62,928 nt of DNA from Verrucomicrobiia bacterium (GCA_035495615.1 DATJFP010000089.1:1-62928); one strand, 5' to 3'; positions 46,403-55,018 are shown, counted from the stretch's first letter. A program made the numbers and translations. The notes: generated by a model from the sequence alone, not told the origin.

Positions 46403-46933
46403 GTGATCATGGAAGAAATTCTCATCGAGGAAATCAACGAATGGGGAATCGTGGGCAAGGACGGCGCCCTGACGCCTTGGGAATCCATCCGCGCGGTGGG
46501 CAAAAAAGAGACCCATAGCGCAAACGATTACACCGCCGGCGTGATGTTTGACGTGCTGGGCCACGAGACCGTCCGCTTCTACGCCGAGGACGGGCAGCCG
46601 GATCACCTGAGCGTCGCCAGCATCCGCGCGCGCAAAATCAAGGGCGTCGTCGACGAGATCCCGGTGCAGTTTTGCATGATCGCGGAAAAGCTGCTCCGTG
46701 AAGCGCGGCGTCATCCGCACATCCGTTTCGAGCACGTGAACGCGCAGGGCGGCGTGGAGCCGCTCAACATCGGCAAAGAGCTCCAAACGCTGGCCTTCCT
46801 GCGCAGCCCCGCCGTCAAGGCGGGCATCCGGCATGAACTGAAAAGAGAAGGAATCAAGGCCGCCGTCACCGCCGTGCTGTGCGGGATCGTGCTGGGAATT
46901 TTTTTCTGGCTGGCGCGCACTTATTTACGATGA
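46403..46933 (+). CDS. hypothetical tail-anchored protein
   Basis: No recognisable motif. There is a single C-terminal TM helix (AAVTAVLCGIVLGIFFWLA). Start is GTG 46403 or ATG 46409. Confidence 0.45.
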   Translation: MIMEEILIEEINEWGIVGKDGALTPWESIRAVGKKETHSANDYTAGVMFDVLGHETVRFYAEDGQPDHLSVASIRARKIKGVVDEIPVQFCMIAEKLLREARRHPHIRFEHVNAQGGVEPLNIGKELQTLAFLRSPAVKAGIRHELKREGIKAAVTAVLCGIVLGIFFWLARTYLR

Positions 46934-47131
46934 GGCTCCGAGTTTGCCTGAGAGCACATTCCATGTTTCCCCGATACGAAACGAAAAAGCGCCGGCCTAC
47001 AATGAAACCGTAACCGAGAAAGCGCGAAAAATTATTCTTACGATAACATCGGCCCGTGTTGGGAAGCGGTGAGTTTCTCTCGAACTGGCCCGCGGATCCG
47101 GGGGGGACTGCGGACTGGATTGGGAGCGGAA

Positions 47132-47159
47132 TCCCAGGGCATTGCAAAATGCCCTGGGA
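47132..47159 (+). other. 12-bp perfect hairpin with GCAA tetraloop in the 5' leader of the ferritin-like gene
   Basis: tcccagggcatt GCAA aatgccctggga, 38 nt upstream of ATG 47198. There is no following T-run. Confidence 0.8.
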
Positions 47160-47197
47160 CTCATTCCGCATCGGCCGCTAACGAGAAAGGATGACGC

Positions 47198-47782
47198 ATG
47201 GAAACGCCTCAGTCCAAAGCCGAAAAAGACGTGGTTTTCTCGCAGCCTTTTCTCGCGGACGTGGATGCGATCCGCCGCCGCGCGCGCCAGCACATCCAGG
47301 ACGGCGCGGTCACGCAGGCCTATCACGCCGACCGTGAGACGATCCTCAAACTTTTGAACGAAGCGCTCGCGACGGAGATTGTCTGCGTGCTGCGCTACAA
47401 AAGGCATTACTTCATGGCGCAGGGGATCCATTCGCAATCCGTAGCCGCGGAGTTTCAGGAACACGCGGCCGAAGAGCAGGAGCACGCGGACCAGATCGCC
47501 GAGCGCATCGCGCAGCTGGGCGGGGAGCCGGACCTGAATCCGGAAGGCCTTCTTTCACGGAGCCATTCCGAATATTTAGAGGGCCGGTCCCTTCTGGACA
47601 TGGTAAAAGAAGACTTGATCGCGGAACGGATCGCGATAGAATCCTACACGGCCATCGTCCAATTCATCGCGGACAAAGACCCTACCACGCGGCGTATCAT
47701 GGAGGGCATTCTGCAGAAGGAAGAAGAGCATGCCGACGATCTTGCGAAAATTCTTTCGGCTCTTGATGATACGAATAAATAG
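47198..47782 (+). CDS. ferritin-like / bacterioferritin-family protein
   Basis: Four-helix-bundle di-iron ligand pattern (EIVCVLRY...EEQEHADQIAERI...ERIAIESY...EEEHADDL). Confidence 0.75.
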   Translation: METPQSKAEKDVVFSQPFLADVDAIRRRARQHIQDGAVTQAYHADRETILKLLNEALATEIVCVLRYKRHYFMAQGIHSQSVAAEFQEHAAEEQEHADQIAERIAQLGGEPDLNPEGLLSRSHSEYLEGRSLLDMVKEDLIAERIAIESYTAIVQFIADKDPTTRRIMEGILQKEEEHADDLAKILSALDDTNK

Positions 47783-47970
47783 CCGCCCCCGGCCCGAGGC
47801 GCGAAAACGCAAAAAGCGCCGCATCCGCACGCCGGTCTACTGCGCCCGTTAGCCCGCTTCGAGTCTCTCACCTCAATCCTGACGAAGTCCAGTTGTGTCC
47901 AGGCTTGTCCGGGATAGGGCTGGAGCCTTATTTTTATATGTAAATTTCCGGCAAATTCCTGCAAATCTGA

Positions 47971-47999
47971 TTGTGGGTAAAAAAGGCTTCGCCTATAAT
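47971..47999 (+). promoter_or_regulatory. sigma70-type promoter of the second PEP-CTERM gene
   Basis: TTGTGG - 17 nt - TATAAT. The track ORF's start at 47971 is the -35 box. The real start is ATG 48049, with SD aaggtg. Confidence 0.55.
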
Positions 48000-48048
48000 G
48001 CGATCACCCCGCGGTGCCCCCCGGGAAATACCAATCGAAGGTGAGCTC

Positions 48049-48777
48049 ATGATCGTTCGTTTTTTTTCGAAACTGCCGAAGATTTTTTCTGCCTTTTTGA
48101 TTTCCTTTATCGCAGTGCTGTCCGCCGCCCAAACCGCGCATGCCGCGAGCGTGACGCTCGATGCCGTGTACTCGGGATGGTACCTGGACAACGGTTCCCA
48201 TACCAACAGCAACCTGAACTATTTGACCGGCAGCTGCCCTACGGTTCCTTGCACCACCAATGGAGGTGAGCATCGGGGCTTTTTTATTTTCGATCTCACT
48301 TCGGTAACCGATCCCATCGTCAGCGCGACGCTCAGCCTGTTCAATCCGGATTACACCAGCGGCGATACCACGGAGACGCTGGACATCTACGACGTTTCCA
48401 CCGATCCCGTCACTTTGGCGCAGACGGCCGTTGGCCAAACGGGTTATTTCGATGACCTGGGCACCGGCGTGAAATACGGTTCCACCAGCGTCAGCAATGC
48501 GGATGACGGTCAAGCCGTTCTGATTCCCCTCAATGCCGGAGCGCTTCTGGATTTGAACAATGCTTCGGGCTATTTTGCGTTCGGCGCGCGGCTCTCGACC
48601 CTTCAGGACAGCACCCTGCAGTACTTGTTCGGAAACAGCTCGGGAACAAGTCCGCGTAAGCTGCTTCTCGAAACGCAGGATGCCGTGGTGCCTTCGCCTT
48701 CCGTGCCGGAACCTTCCTCGATTCTCCTTGCCGGCATGGGACTTCTGCTCGGACTGGCGTTCAAGACGCGCCGCTAG
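48049..48777 (+). CDS. PEP-CTERM-anchored secreted protein
   Basis: Signal peptide ...AAQTAHA/AS and C-terminal VPEPSSILLAGMGLLLGLAFKTRR. Confidence 0.85.
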   Translation: MIVRFFSKLPKIFSAFLISFIAVLSAAQTAHAASVTLDAVYSGWYLDNGSHTNSNLNYLTGSCPTVPCTTNGGEHRGFFIFDLTSVTDPIVSATLSLFNPDYTSGDTTETLDIYDVSTDPVTLAQTAVGQTGYFDDLGTGVKYGSTSVSNADDGQAVLIPLNAGALLDLNNASGYFAFGARLSTLQDSTLQYLFGNSSGTSPRKLLLETQDAVVPSPSVPEPSSILLAGMGLLLGLAFKTRR

Positions 48778-49861
48778 GCCGGACCTTCGGAAGCGTAAAG
48801 AAAAAGGCGCTGCCTTTCGGCGAATGGGCCTCCACCCAAATTCTTCCGCCGTGGCGTTCCACGATTTTCTTGCAGATCGCAAGCCCCAGCCCCGACCCTT
48901 GGACGGCCATCCCCAGCTGCGTGAACGCCTCAAAAATCTTTCCCCGGTCTTCTTTTCGGATGCCCATGCCGTTGTCCTTTACCGCGATTTGCCATTCCAG
49001 CTCTTTTTCTTCCATCTCGATCCGGATCTCAGGCGAGGGCGAGTCATTGTATTTGAGCGCGTTCGAGATGAGGTTTTGGAAGAGCTGCCCTATTTGAAGG
49101 CTGTCGGCTGTGACCATGGGAAGCGGTTCGGTCAGAACGACCGCCTTCTTCTCCCGCAGGCGCGCCTGCATGTTATGAAGAGTGGCTTCAACGATTGTCG
49201 CGAGATTGACGGCTTGTAAGCGCGGCGGGGTGGCGCCGAACTTCGCAAGATTGAGAAGGGATTGAGTGAGGTTCTGGGCCCGGGCGGCCGCTTCGTAGAT
49301 AAAGTCGAGAAACTGCTTCATTTCCGCCCCGGCATCGGCGCCGGCCCGGCGTTTGAGCAGATCCGCATACAGCGCCACGACGCGCAGCGGTTCCTGAAGA
49401 TCGTGCGAAACCGTGTGCGCGAATTGTTCCAGGTCGCGGTTTGATTTTTTCAGGCTTTCCGCCAGGGTTCTGTAATCGGTGAAATCGCGGAAAATTTTGA
49501 TGAAGCCGGCGACCGCGCCGTCCTCGGAATGGATGGCGGTCATGCTTCCACTTCCCCAGAATACCGTCCCGTCCTTGCGCAGATGCCAGCGCTCATCTTT
49601 GGCGCTGCCCCTTTCGGCCGCGGTTCCGATTTCTTTTTGCGGCTCCCCGCGCGCCCGGTCCGAAGGCGTAAAGATAATGGACGCTTCCTGGCCCAGGGCT
49701 TCCGCTTCCGCCCACCCGAGCAGGCGTTCGGCTCCGAGATTCCACTCCACAATACGACCCGCCGGATCAAGGCCGATCACGGCGAAGTCCGGGATTTCCT
49801 CGGCCAGCATTTGCAGGCATTCGGCTTTCTCCGAAAATTGGGCAAGTTTCTTCGAGGGCAT
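48761..49861 (-). CDS. PAS sensor histidine kinase
   Basis: PAS (EWNLGAERLLGW...RKDGTVFWG), H-box VSHDLQEPLR and HATPase_c (DNGMGI, GSGLGLAICKKIVE). Its 3' end overlaps the convergent PEP-CTERM gene by 17 nt. Confidence 0.85.
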   Translation of the reverse strand: MPSKKLAQFSEKAECLQMLAEEIPDFAVIGLDPAGRIVEWNLGAERLLGWAEAEALGQEASIIFTPSDRARGEPQKEIGTAAERGSAKDERWHLRKDGTVFWGSGSMTAIHSEDGAVAGFIKIFRDFTDYRTLAESLKKSNRDLEQFAHTVSHDLQEPLRVVALYADLLKRRAGADAGAEMKQFLDFIYEAAARAQNLTQSLLNLAKFGATPPRLQAVNLATIVEATLHNMQARLREKKAVVLTEPLPMVTADSLQIGQLFQNLISNALKYNDSPSPEIRIEMEEKELEWQIAVKDNGMGIRKEDRGKIFEAFTQLGMAVQGSGLGLAICKKIVERHGGRIWVEAHSPKGSAFFFTLPKVRPSGAS

Positions 49862-50034
49862 AAGTTATTTTATCTTGTGTGATAAGAATGGCGATCAGTA
49901 AGAAGCATCATCGTTCGTCAGGCAAAAGAGCGGGAGTAAGCGCAAACTACCTGAAGCCGATTTGCCCAATGCCTGATTGCCGGAAACGGCGTCTTGTTAT
50001 GAAATAGGCCGCGGTAAAAATAAGGAGGCACACC

Positions 50035-50241
50035 ATGAACAAACTTCGTCAACTCGCGTTCATCTTGCTTTTAACGGCTTTTCTCGCGCCGGCCGCGCAT
50101 GCGGACGTTGTCGTGACTGACACGACGCACTCGAGGGCCCATTGGGGGACGGGAGTCGCGGACACGCCGATCGGGACTCTGTTTTATTTCCTGGGCGACG
50201 TCGTCTCTTTTCCGTTCGACCTGCTGGGAGGACTTTTTTAA
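50035..50241 (+). CDS. small secreted hypothetical protein
   Basis: Strong SD aaggagg. Signal peptide MNKLRQLAFILLLTAFLAPAAHA. Confidence 0.55.
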   Translation: MNKLRQLAFILLLTAFLAPAAHADVVVTDTTHSRAHWGTGVADTPIGTLFYFLGDVVSFPFDLLGGLF

Positions 50242-50244
50242 ACG

Positions 50245-51495
50245 ATGAAAAAGAAACAAACGGACCGGAAAAAAATGATCCCGGCTCTGCCGGGAATCTC
50301 ATGGAAAACTCTTCACAAGGATCAGGCCATGATCTCGCGATCCGACATCGAAAATTTGTCCCGCCAGAAAACTCCGGGAAGCCCCGTTTTGAGCGTGTAT
50401 CTGAATGTCAATTCCGCCTGGGACATGGGCAAGGAATCTCTCGGCAGCGAATTCCGTTCACGGCTCCAGACGCTCGAAGCGGGCTTGGACTCCGAACGGC
50501 GGGCCGCTCTGCTCGAGGACGTGAAGCCCGTCCAGCGTTACCTTGCCGATTTCAACCCGAATTCCCGGACCCGAAGCTTTGCCTTTTTTTCCGATATCTC
50601 GGAGCAGTATTTCCACGTTTACGAATTTCAGGTGCCGATGGCGAATCGGGTGATATGGAACGAAAGCCCGCATCTCAAGCCTTTGGTCGAGATCCTGGAG
50701 GAATACGAACCTTATGCCGTGGCCCTGGTGGACCGCGAAAAGGGCCGCTTCCTGCTCGTGAATGCGGGAGGGATCGTGGACTCCAAGACCCATCACGCCG
50801 AATTGAGCGTCCGGCACATCCAGGAATCCGGGGCGGACCACCGTCTGTCGCAGATGAACATCCAGCGGAAAGCCGAGGAGCACGCGGCCTGGCATTTCAC
50901 GGATTCCATTGACGAGATTCTCGTGCCCTGGGAAACCACCCATCAATTCCGGCGCCTTTTCATCGCCGGTCCGGTCGAAGCGACGCGCCATTTCCGCGAA
51001 GCGCTTCCCAAGTCCCTCAGGCAGGCTGTGGCCGCGCTCAAAGAGGTTTCGATCCATATCACGGATCATGACCTTTTGAAACAGAGCCTCCACTGGCTGT
51101 CCGAAGCCGGACGCGAAAAAGAGAAGAAAGACGTGAGGCGGCTTATCGCGGCCGCGAAAAAAAACGGCCAGGCCTTGACGCACATGGAGCCGGTTCTGGA
51201 CGCACTCCAGCAGGGGATTGTCTGGAAAATTTATTACGCCGACGATTTGGCCGCCGAAGGCTTTGAATGCGGGGGATGCGGTTTGCTGGCGATGGAAAAT
51301 TCTCCGATCTGCCCTTATTGCGGCGCAAATGCTTTCAAGGTTCCCGACCTCATGGAGCTCATCGTTCATAAGGTTCTGTCGACAGGCGGGGAAATCGACA
51401 AGGTGCAGGGACCAGCCAAGGAAATGCTGAAACGCACGGGCGGCATCGGCGCCTTCCTGCGATTCGATACCGAACTGCGGAAGAAGGCCGTATGA
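50245..51495 (+). CDS. bacterial archaeo-eukaryotic release-factor-like protein (baeRF; eRF1/Pelota fold)
   Basis: PVLSVYLNV N-terminal signature, YAVALVDREKGRFLLV and LFIAGPVEATRHF central-domain blocks, a C-terminal CGGC...CPYC zinc ribbon and a terminal GGIGAFLRF (compare eRF1/Pelota GGIGxILRY). No GGQ is present. The start could instead be ATG 50329. Confidence 0.7.
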   Translation: MKKKQTDRKKMIPALPGISWKTLHKDQAMISRSDIENLSRQKTPGSPVLSVYLNVNSAWDMGKESLGSEFRSRLQTLEAGLDSERRAALLEDVKPVQRYLADFNPNSRTRSFAFFSDISEQYFHVYEFQVPMANRVIWNESPHLKPLVEILEEYEPYAVALVDREKGRFLLVNAGGIVDSKTHHAELSVRHIQESGADHRLSQMNIQRKAEEHAAWHFTDSIDEILVPWETTHQFRRLFIAGPVEATRHFREALPKSLRQAVAALKEVSIHITDHDLLKQSLHWLSEAGREKEKKDVRRLIAAAKKNGQALTHMEPVLDALQQGIVWKIYYADDLAAEGFECGGCGLLAMENSPICPYCGANAFKVPDLMELIVHKVLSTGGEIDKVQGPAKEMLKRTGGIGAFLRFDTELRKKAV

Positions 51496-51983
51496 GCGCG
51501 CGCGGGGCAGGGAAAATAGGCGCTCTCATTCTCGCGCTTGCGGCGCTGGGCGTGCCGCGCGCTTCAGCTCAGAGAAGCGAGGCGGCATGGCAGGAATTCC
51601 AGCCCTCGCCGGACAGTTTTTTTCGCAAGGCGGGATTCCTGCTCAAGCAGAAAGAGCAGCTGGGCCTGACGGAGGAGCAGGTGCGCTCCATCCGTGACCT
51701 GAACACGGAGACAAAAAAAAACCTGATCCGAGGCGGGGCCGAAATCGAGATTTTCGAGCTCGACATCTTTACCAAGCTCCACGACGAGGGGGCAGATCCA
51801 GCGGAAGTGCAGAAACTGATCGAGCAAAAATTCGATACCCAGAAAAAACTTTCCCAAAATGTGGCCGACGCCTATTTCCGGCTGAAAGGCACGCTGGACG
51901 ACCGGCAGCAGCAGACGCTCAACGACCTCGGCAAAAAGTGGCTCGACGAAACGGAAAAACGCGACAAAGGGACAGGTCTTTAG
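51492..51983 (+). CDS. periplasmic LTXXQ-motif protein (Spy/CpxP-like)
   Basis: ATGA overlap with the baeRF gene. Signal peptide. LTEEQ motif in an all-helical, charged sequence. Confidence 0.6.
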   Translation: MSARGAGKIGALILALAALGVPRASAQRSEAAWQEFQPSPDSFFRKAGFLLKQKEQLGLTEEQVRSIRDLNTETKKNLIRGGAEIEIFELDIFTKLHDEGADPAEVQKLIEQKFDTQKKLSQNVADAYFRLKGTLDDRQQQTLNDLGKKWLDETEKRDKGTGL

Positions 51984-51992
51984 ACCTGTCCC
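51969..51992. repeat. 24-nt perfect palindrome GGGACAGGTCTTTAGACCTGTCCC (copy 2)
   Basis: Identical to 21576-21599. The TAG stop of the LTXXQ gene lies in its loop and 3' arm. It sits between convergent genes. Confidence 0.9.
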
Positions 51993-52074
51993 TCAGGTAG
52001 CGGGGACACACCCCGCCGGAATTCATTGATTCCGGCCGGGTATGTCCCCGATTTCCCGCCATCATTTTCACTCC

Positions 52075-53898
52075 TTAATTCTTCACGGTGAAGGTCACGG
52101 CATCGAAGGCCTTGTCGCCGGTGGCCGTCGTGTAATAACCGCTGATCGTATAGGTCCCATTGGCCAGCGTGCGCGTGTCGAATCCGCCGGAGCCGCCCCA
52201 GGTAAAAGGCGACGTGTAGGTTTTTCCCGACTGTGTCCCGTTCAGATAATAGGCGACTTTCCGCACCTGCCCCAGGATCTGGCTCGAAGGCCCGAAATGC
52301 ACCGCGCCGGAAACCGTCTGGCCGTTGGAAATGCCGGCCATGTCGCCGCTCGTCGTGGGGGGCGGCGGAGTCGTAGTTCCGGATTGGATCTGGAGGATGC
52401 GGTATTCGGTGGCGCTGACGACGTGGAGTTTTCCGTTCTCGAGCTTTAGGCTCACCGCCCCCGATTGCGTCAGGCTGTCCACGTGTACGGGACTTTGCAG
52501 ATTGTTCAGGTCGTACACTTCGATCTGTCCGCCGTTTTCCAGGACCGCGAGGACGCCGTTTTCATACGCGCTGAAGACGGGCGTGGACTGGGGGTGAAGG
52601 GTCTGCACGCGGGGGACGCTCGACCCATCGGTGATTTGCGCGGTATCGTAAATGGCGACCGTGCCGTCCTGCAGCGAAGCGAACAGCAGATTTCCCGAAC
52701 CGGCCAGATGATTGGCCGGCGCCGGAAGCGGCTGCGCAAGTACTTCGGGCGTGAAATCGCCCGTCGCGTAAAGGTAAGTCCCGTTTTTCAGCGCCGTGAA
52801 TGTGCCGCGGCTGTTTTTATGGATGAAATCGCCGGCATTGTAATAGGCCGCGGCACCCGTCGGGATTTCGCAGGCCAACGTATTTTTATCGCAGGTCCGG
52901 ACATTGTATTCGTCCCGGTGGAGGATGTAGATGTTTTGGGTGTCGACGGCGAGCGCCTTTGCGTTCAGGGGGCCTTGGAACGAAACCCGCGTGGGCGCGG
53001 CCGGGTTCGAGACATTGATTTTCCACACCTGCGAACGGAAACCATCAGGAGTGGAAGCGCCGCGTTCCACGGCCCAGAGCGTGGAGCCGTCCGCGAGGAT
53101 GTCGACAAGCGGCGTCTGGAAAGAAAGGCGCGCGATTTCTTTGGGCGAGGCCGCGTTCAAACGGTCCACGATATAGAGTTTTCCGTTGCCGTCGGCGAGA
53201 AACGAAAGCGTTCCTTGCTTTTCCACGTCTACGAATCCGGCGTTTTGGGCCGAGTAATCCAATCCGCCCAGCGTCCTTCCGCCTGGAGAAATGGGCTGCG
53301 GCTGTCCCGCGTCGGGCGGCGTGGTATCCGGCGGAGTCGTGGTTCCGGAATTTTTGATCGTGAACGTATAGGAAAATCCTTTGTCGCCGGAATAAGTCGT
53401 GATGGCGCCGCTCAGCGTGTACTGGCCGTCCGCAAGCCGGGTGGTGTCATAACCCGAGGGCCCGCCGAAAGTATAAGGGGACGCGTATTCTTTGCCTGCC
53501 TGCGTCCCGTTCAGGTAGTAAGCCACTTTTTTGACCTGCAGCCCCGAATCCGGGTTGATGCTGATTTTTACGGTACCGGACAGCTCCGCGCCGTTTCTGA
53601 CTCCGGTGAAATAGCCGTCTTCCGAAACCGCGGGATCGCCTGTCGACGCGGCCTGCACCGTCTGAGGCTGCGCCGCCGCTGTTTTTTGCGCCGGGGCCGT
53701 TTTTGTAAGCGGGGAAGGTGACAGCGAAGGCAGCAGACTGCCGTCCGGAACTTTGGAACCGGCCGTCGTGACGGGCGCGGCGCGATCGGGAGTCGTAACG
53801 GGGCCGACGGTCTGCGGGGTCAGAAGGGGATCGGCCGCGAAAACCGGAGGCGTGAGGCTGAGAAAGGCTGCGAGCGTTAAGGCGATTGGACTTTTCAT
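52075..53898 (-). CDS. secreted protein: Ig-like domain, beta-propeller-like core (LVIVD-like repeats), Ig-like domain
   Basis: SD gaggg lies before ATG 53898. Signal peptide MKSPIALTLAAFLSLTPPVFA. A duplicated module VAYYLNGTQ(A/S)GK.Y.SP(Y/F)T.GG...D...LA(D/N)G.YT(L/I)SG flanks repeats such as LYIVD, VAIYD and IEVYD. Confidence 0.7.
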   Translation of the reverse strand: MKSPIALTLAAFLSLTPPVFAADPLLTPQTVGPVTTPDRAAPVTTAGSKVPDGSLLPSLSPSPLTKTAPAQKTAAAQPQTVQAASTGDPAVSEDGYFTGVRNGAELSGTVKISINPDSGLQVKKVAYYLNGTQAGKEYASPYTFGGPSGYDTTRLADGQYTLSGAITTYSGDKGFSYTFTIKNSGTTTPPDTTPPDAGQPQPISPGGRTLGGLDYSAQNAGFVDVEKQGTLSFLADGNGKLYIVDRLNAASPKEIARLSFQTPLVDILADGSTLWAVERGASTPDGFRSQVWKINVSNPAAPTRVSFQGPLNAKALAVDTQNIYILHRDEYNVRTCDKNTLACEIPTGAAAYYNAGDFIHKNSRGTFTALKNGTYLYATGDFTPEVLAQPLPAPANHLAGSGNLLFASLQDGTVAIYDTAQITDGSSVPRVQTLHPQSTPVFSAYENGVLAVLENGGQIEVYDLNNLQSPVHVDSLTQSGAVSLKLENGKLHVVSATEYRILQIQSGTTTPPPPTTSGDMAGISNGQTVSGAVHFGPSSQILGQVRKVAYYLNGTQSGKTYTSPFTWGGSGGFDTRTLANGTYTISGYYTTATGDKAFDAVTFTVKN

Positions 53899-54060
53899 GA
53901 TGGATGCCCTCATGGATAACTTTTGATGACCGGGAATTTGTTGCTCAAAACTGGGCGTATTATGAAATGGAATGGAAGGGTCTATAACCGGGGTGAGGCT
54001 TTTTCGCTTGTAGGAGGGCTTGCCGCCGGGACGTAGGAAGCGCCCCGAGGGACGAATGTT

Positions 54061-54089
54061 TTGTCTTTTCCGCTTTTTGCCTTTAGAAT
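54061..54089 (+). promoter_or_regulatory. sigma70-type promoter
   Basis: TTGTCT - 17 nt - TAGAAT, 33 nt upstream of ATG 54123. Confidence 0.5.
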
Positions 54090-54122
54090 ACGGCCTGATT
54101 CAGCCAAGAAAGGAACTTCCTC

Positions 54123-54929
54123 ATGAAGGTATCACACGATCTCATCTGCCTGGACATCGAATCGACCGGCGTATGGGTTGAAAAAGACAAGATCATCGAA
54201 ATCGCTCTCATTCGTTACACGCCCGCCGGCACGCGGGAAACGTACTATAAGCGCGTCAATCCCGGCATCTCCATCCCGGCAGTCGTCACCAAGCTCACGG
54301 GCATTTCCGACGCGGACGTCAAGAACGCGCCTTTCTTCCGGCAGATTGCCCAGGAAGCATTCGCCTTCATCGCCGGTGCGGATTTCGCGGGCTTCAACAT
54401 CGAGCGTTTTGACCTGCCTCTCCTCGAAAGGGAATTTGCCGAGGCCGGACTGACCTTCGAATGGAAGGAACGGAAAATCTACGACGCCCAGAAAGTGTTT
54501 CACCTGAACGAAAAGCGGGACCTCACGGCCGCGTATAAATTTTATTGCGACAAGGACCTGGCCGGCGCGCATTCGGCCATGGCCGACAGCGAGGCGGTCC
54601 TCGAAATCCTGGCCAAGCAGGTCGAGCGCTACGGTGAAGGACAGCAGGACCTTTCGGTTCTGGACAAATTCGAATACAACGTGCTGTCGGATTATTACGG
54701 GTCCGAACGCAAATTTTGCTGGTGGAACGGCAAGCTCTATCCCATGTTCGGGAAATATGCCCGTAAGCGGCCGCTGGAAGAGCTCGTGAAAGCCGATCCC
54801 GGCTATCTCAAGTGGATCCTCAGCAAGGATTTTTCGGATGAGATCAAAGAAGTCGTGGCGAACGCGCTCAAAGGCCAATTCCCCGTGAAAGCCGACGCCG
54901 CGACCGAGTGCCCGCCCGTCGAGTCTTAA
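54123..54929 (+). CDS. DEDDh 3'-5' exonuclease with DUF3820-like C-terminal tail
   Basis: Exo I DIESTG, Exo II GFNIERFDLPLL, Exo III HSAMADSEA. The tail is GKYARKRPLEELVKADPGYLKWIL. Confidence 0.8.
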   Translation: MKVSHDLICLDIESTGVWVEKDKIIEIALIRYTPAGTRETYYKRVNPGISIPAVVTKLTGISDADVKNAPFFRQIAQEAFAFIAGADFAGFNIERFDLPLLEREFAEAGLTFEWKERKIYDAQKVFHLNEKRDLTAAYKFYCDKDLAGAHSAMADSEAVLEILAKQVERYGEGQQDLSVLDKFEYNVLSDYYGSERKFCWWNGKLYPMFGKYARKRPLEELVKADPGYLKWILSKDFSDEIKEVVANALKGQFPVKADAATECPPVES

Positions 54930-55018
54930 GCCCGTCGTCTCAAAAGACCTCCAAATCCCGACAGAGCTCGGCCGCGCGCGGGAGTAGAATGGTTTGTCTC
55001 TCACCAAGGAGGGAAACC

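Noticed and set aside
47050-47130. Cobalamin-riboswitch-like string gggaagcggtgag...ctggcccgc upstream of the ferritin-like gene
   Set aside because: The resemblance is partial only. No B12 box (GCCACTG) or matching helices could be traced by eye, and the downstream gene is not a typical B12-regulated function. It is kept only as a note within the leader finding.
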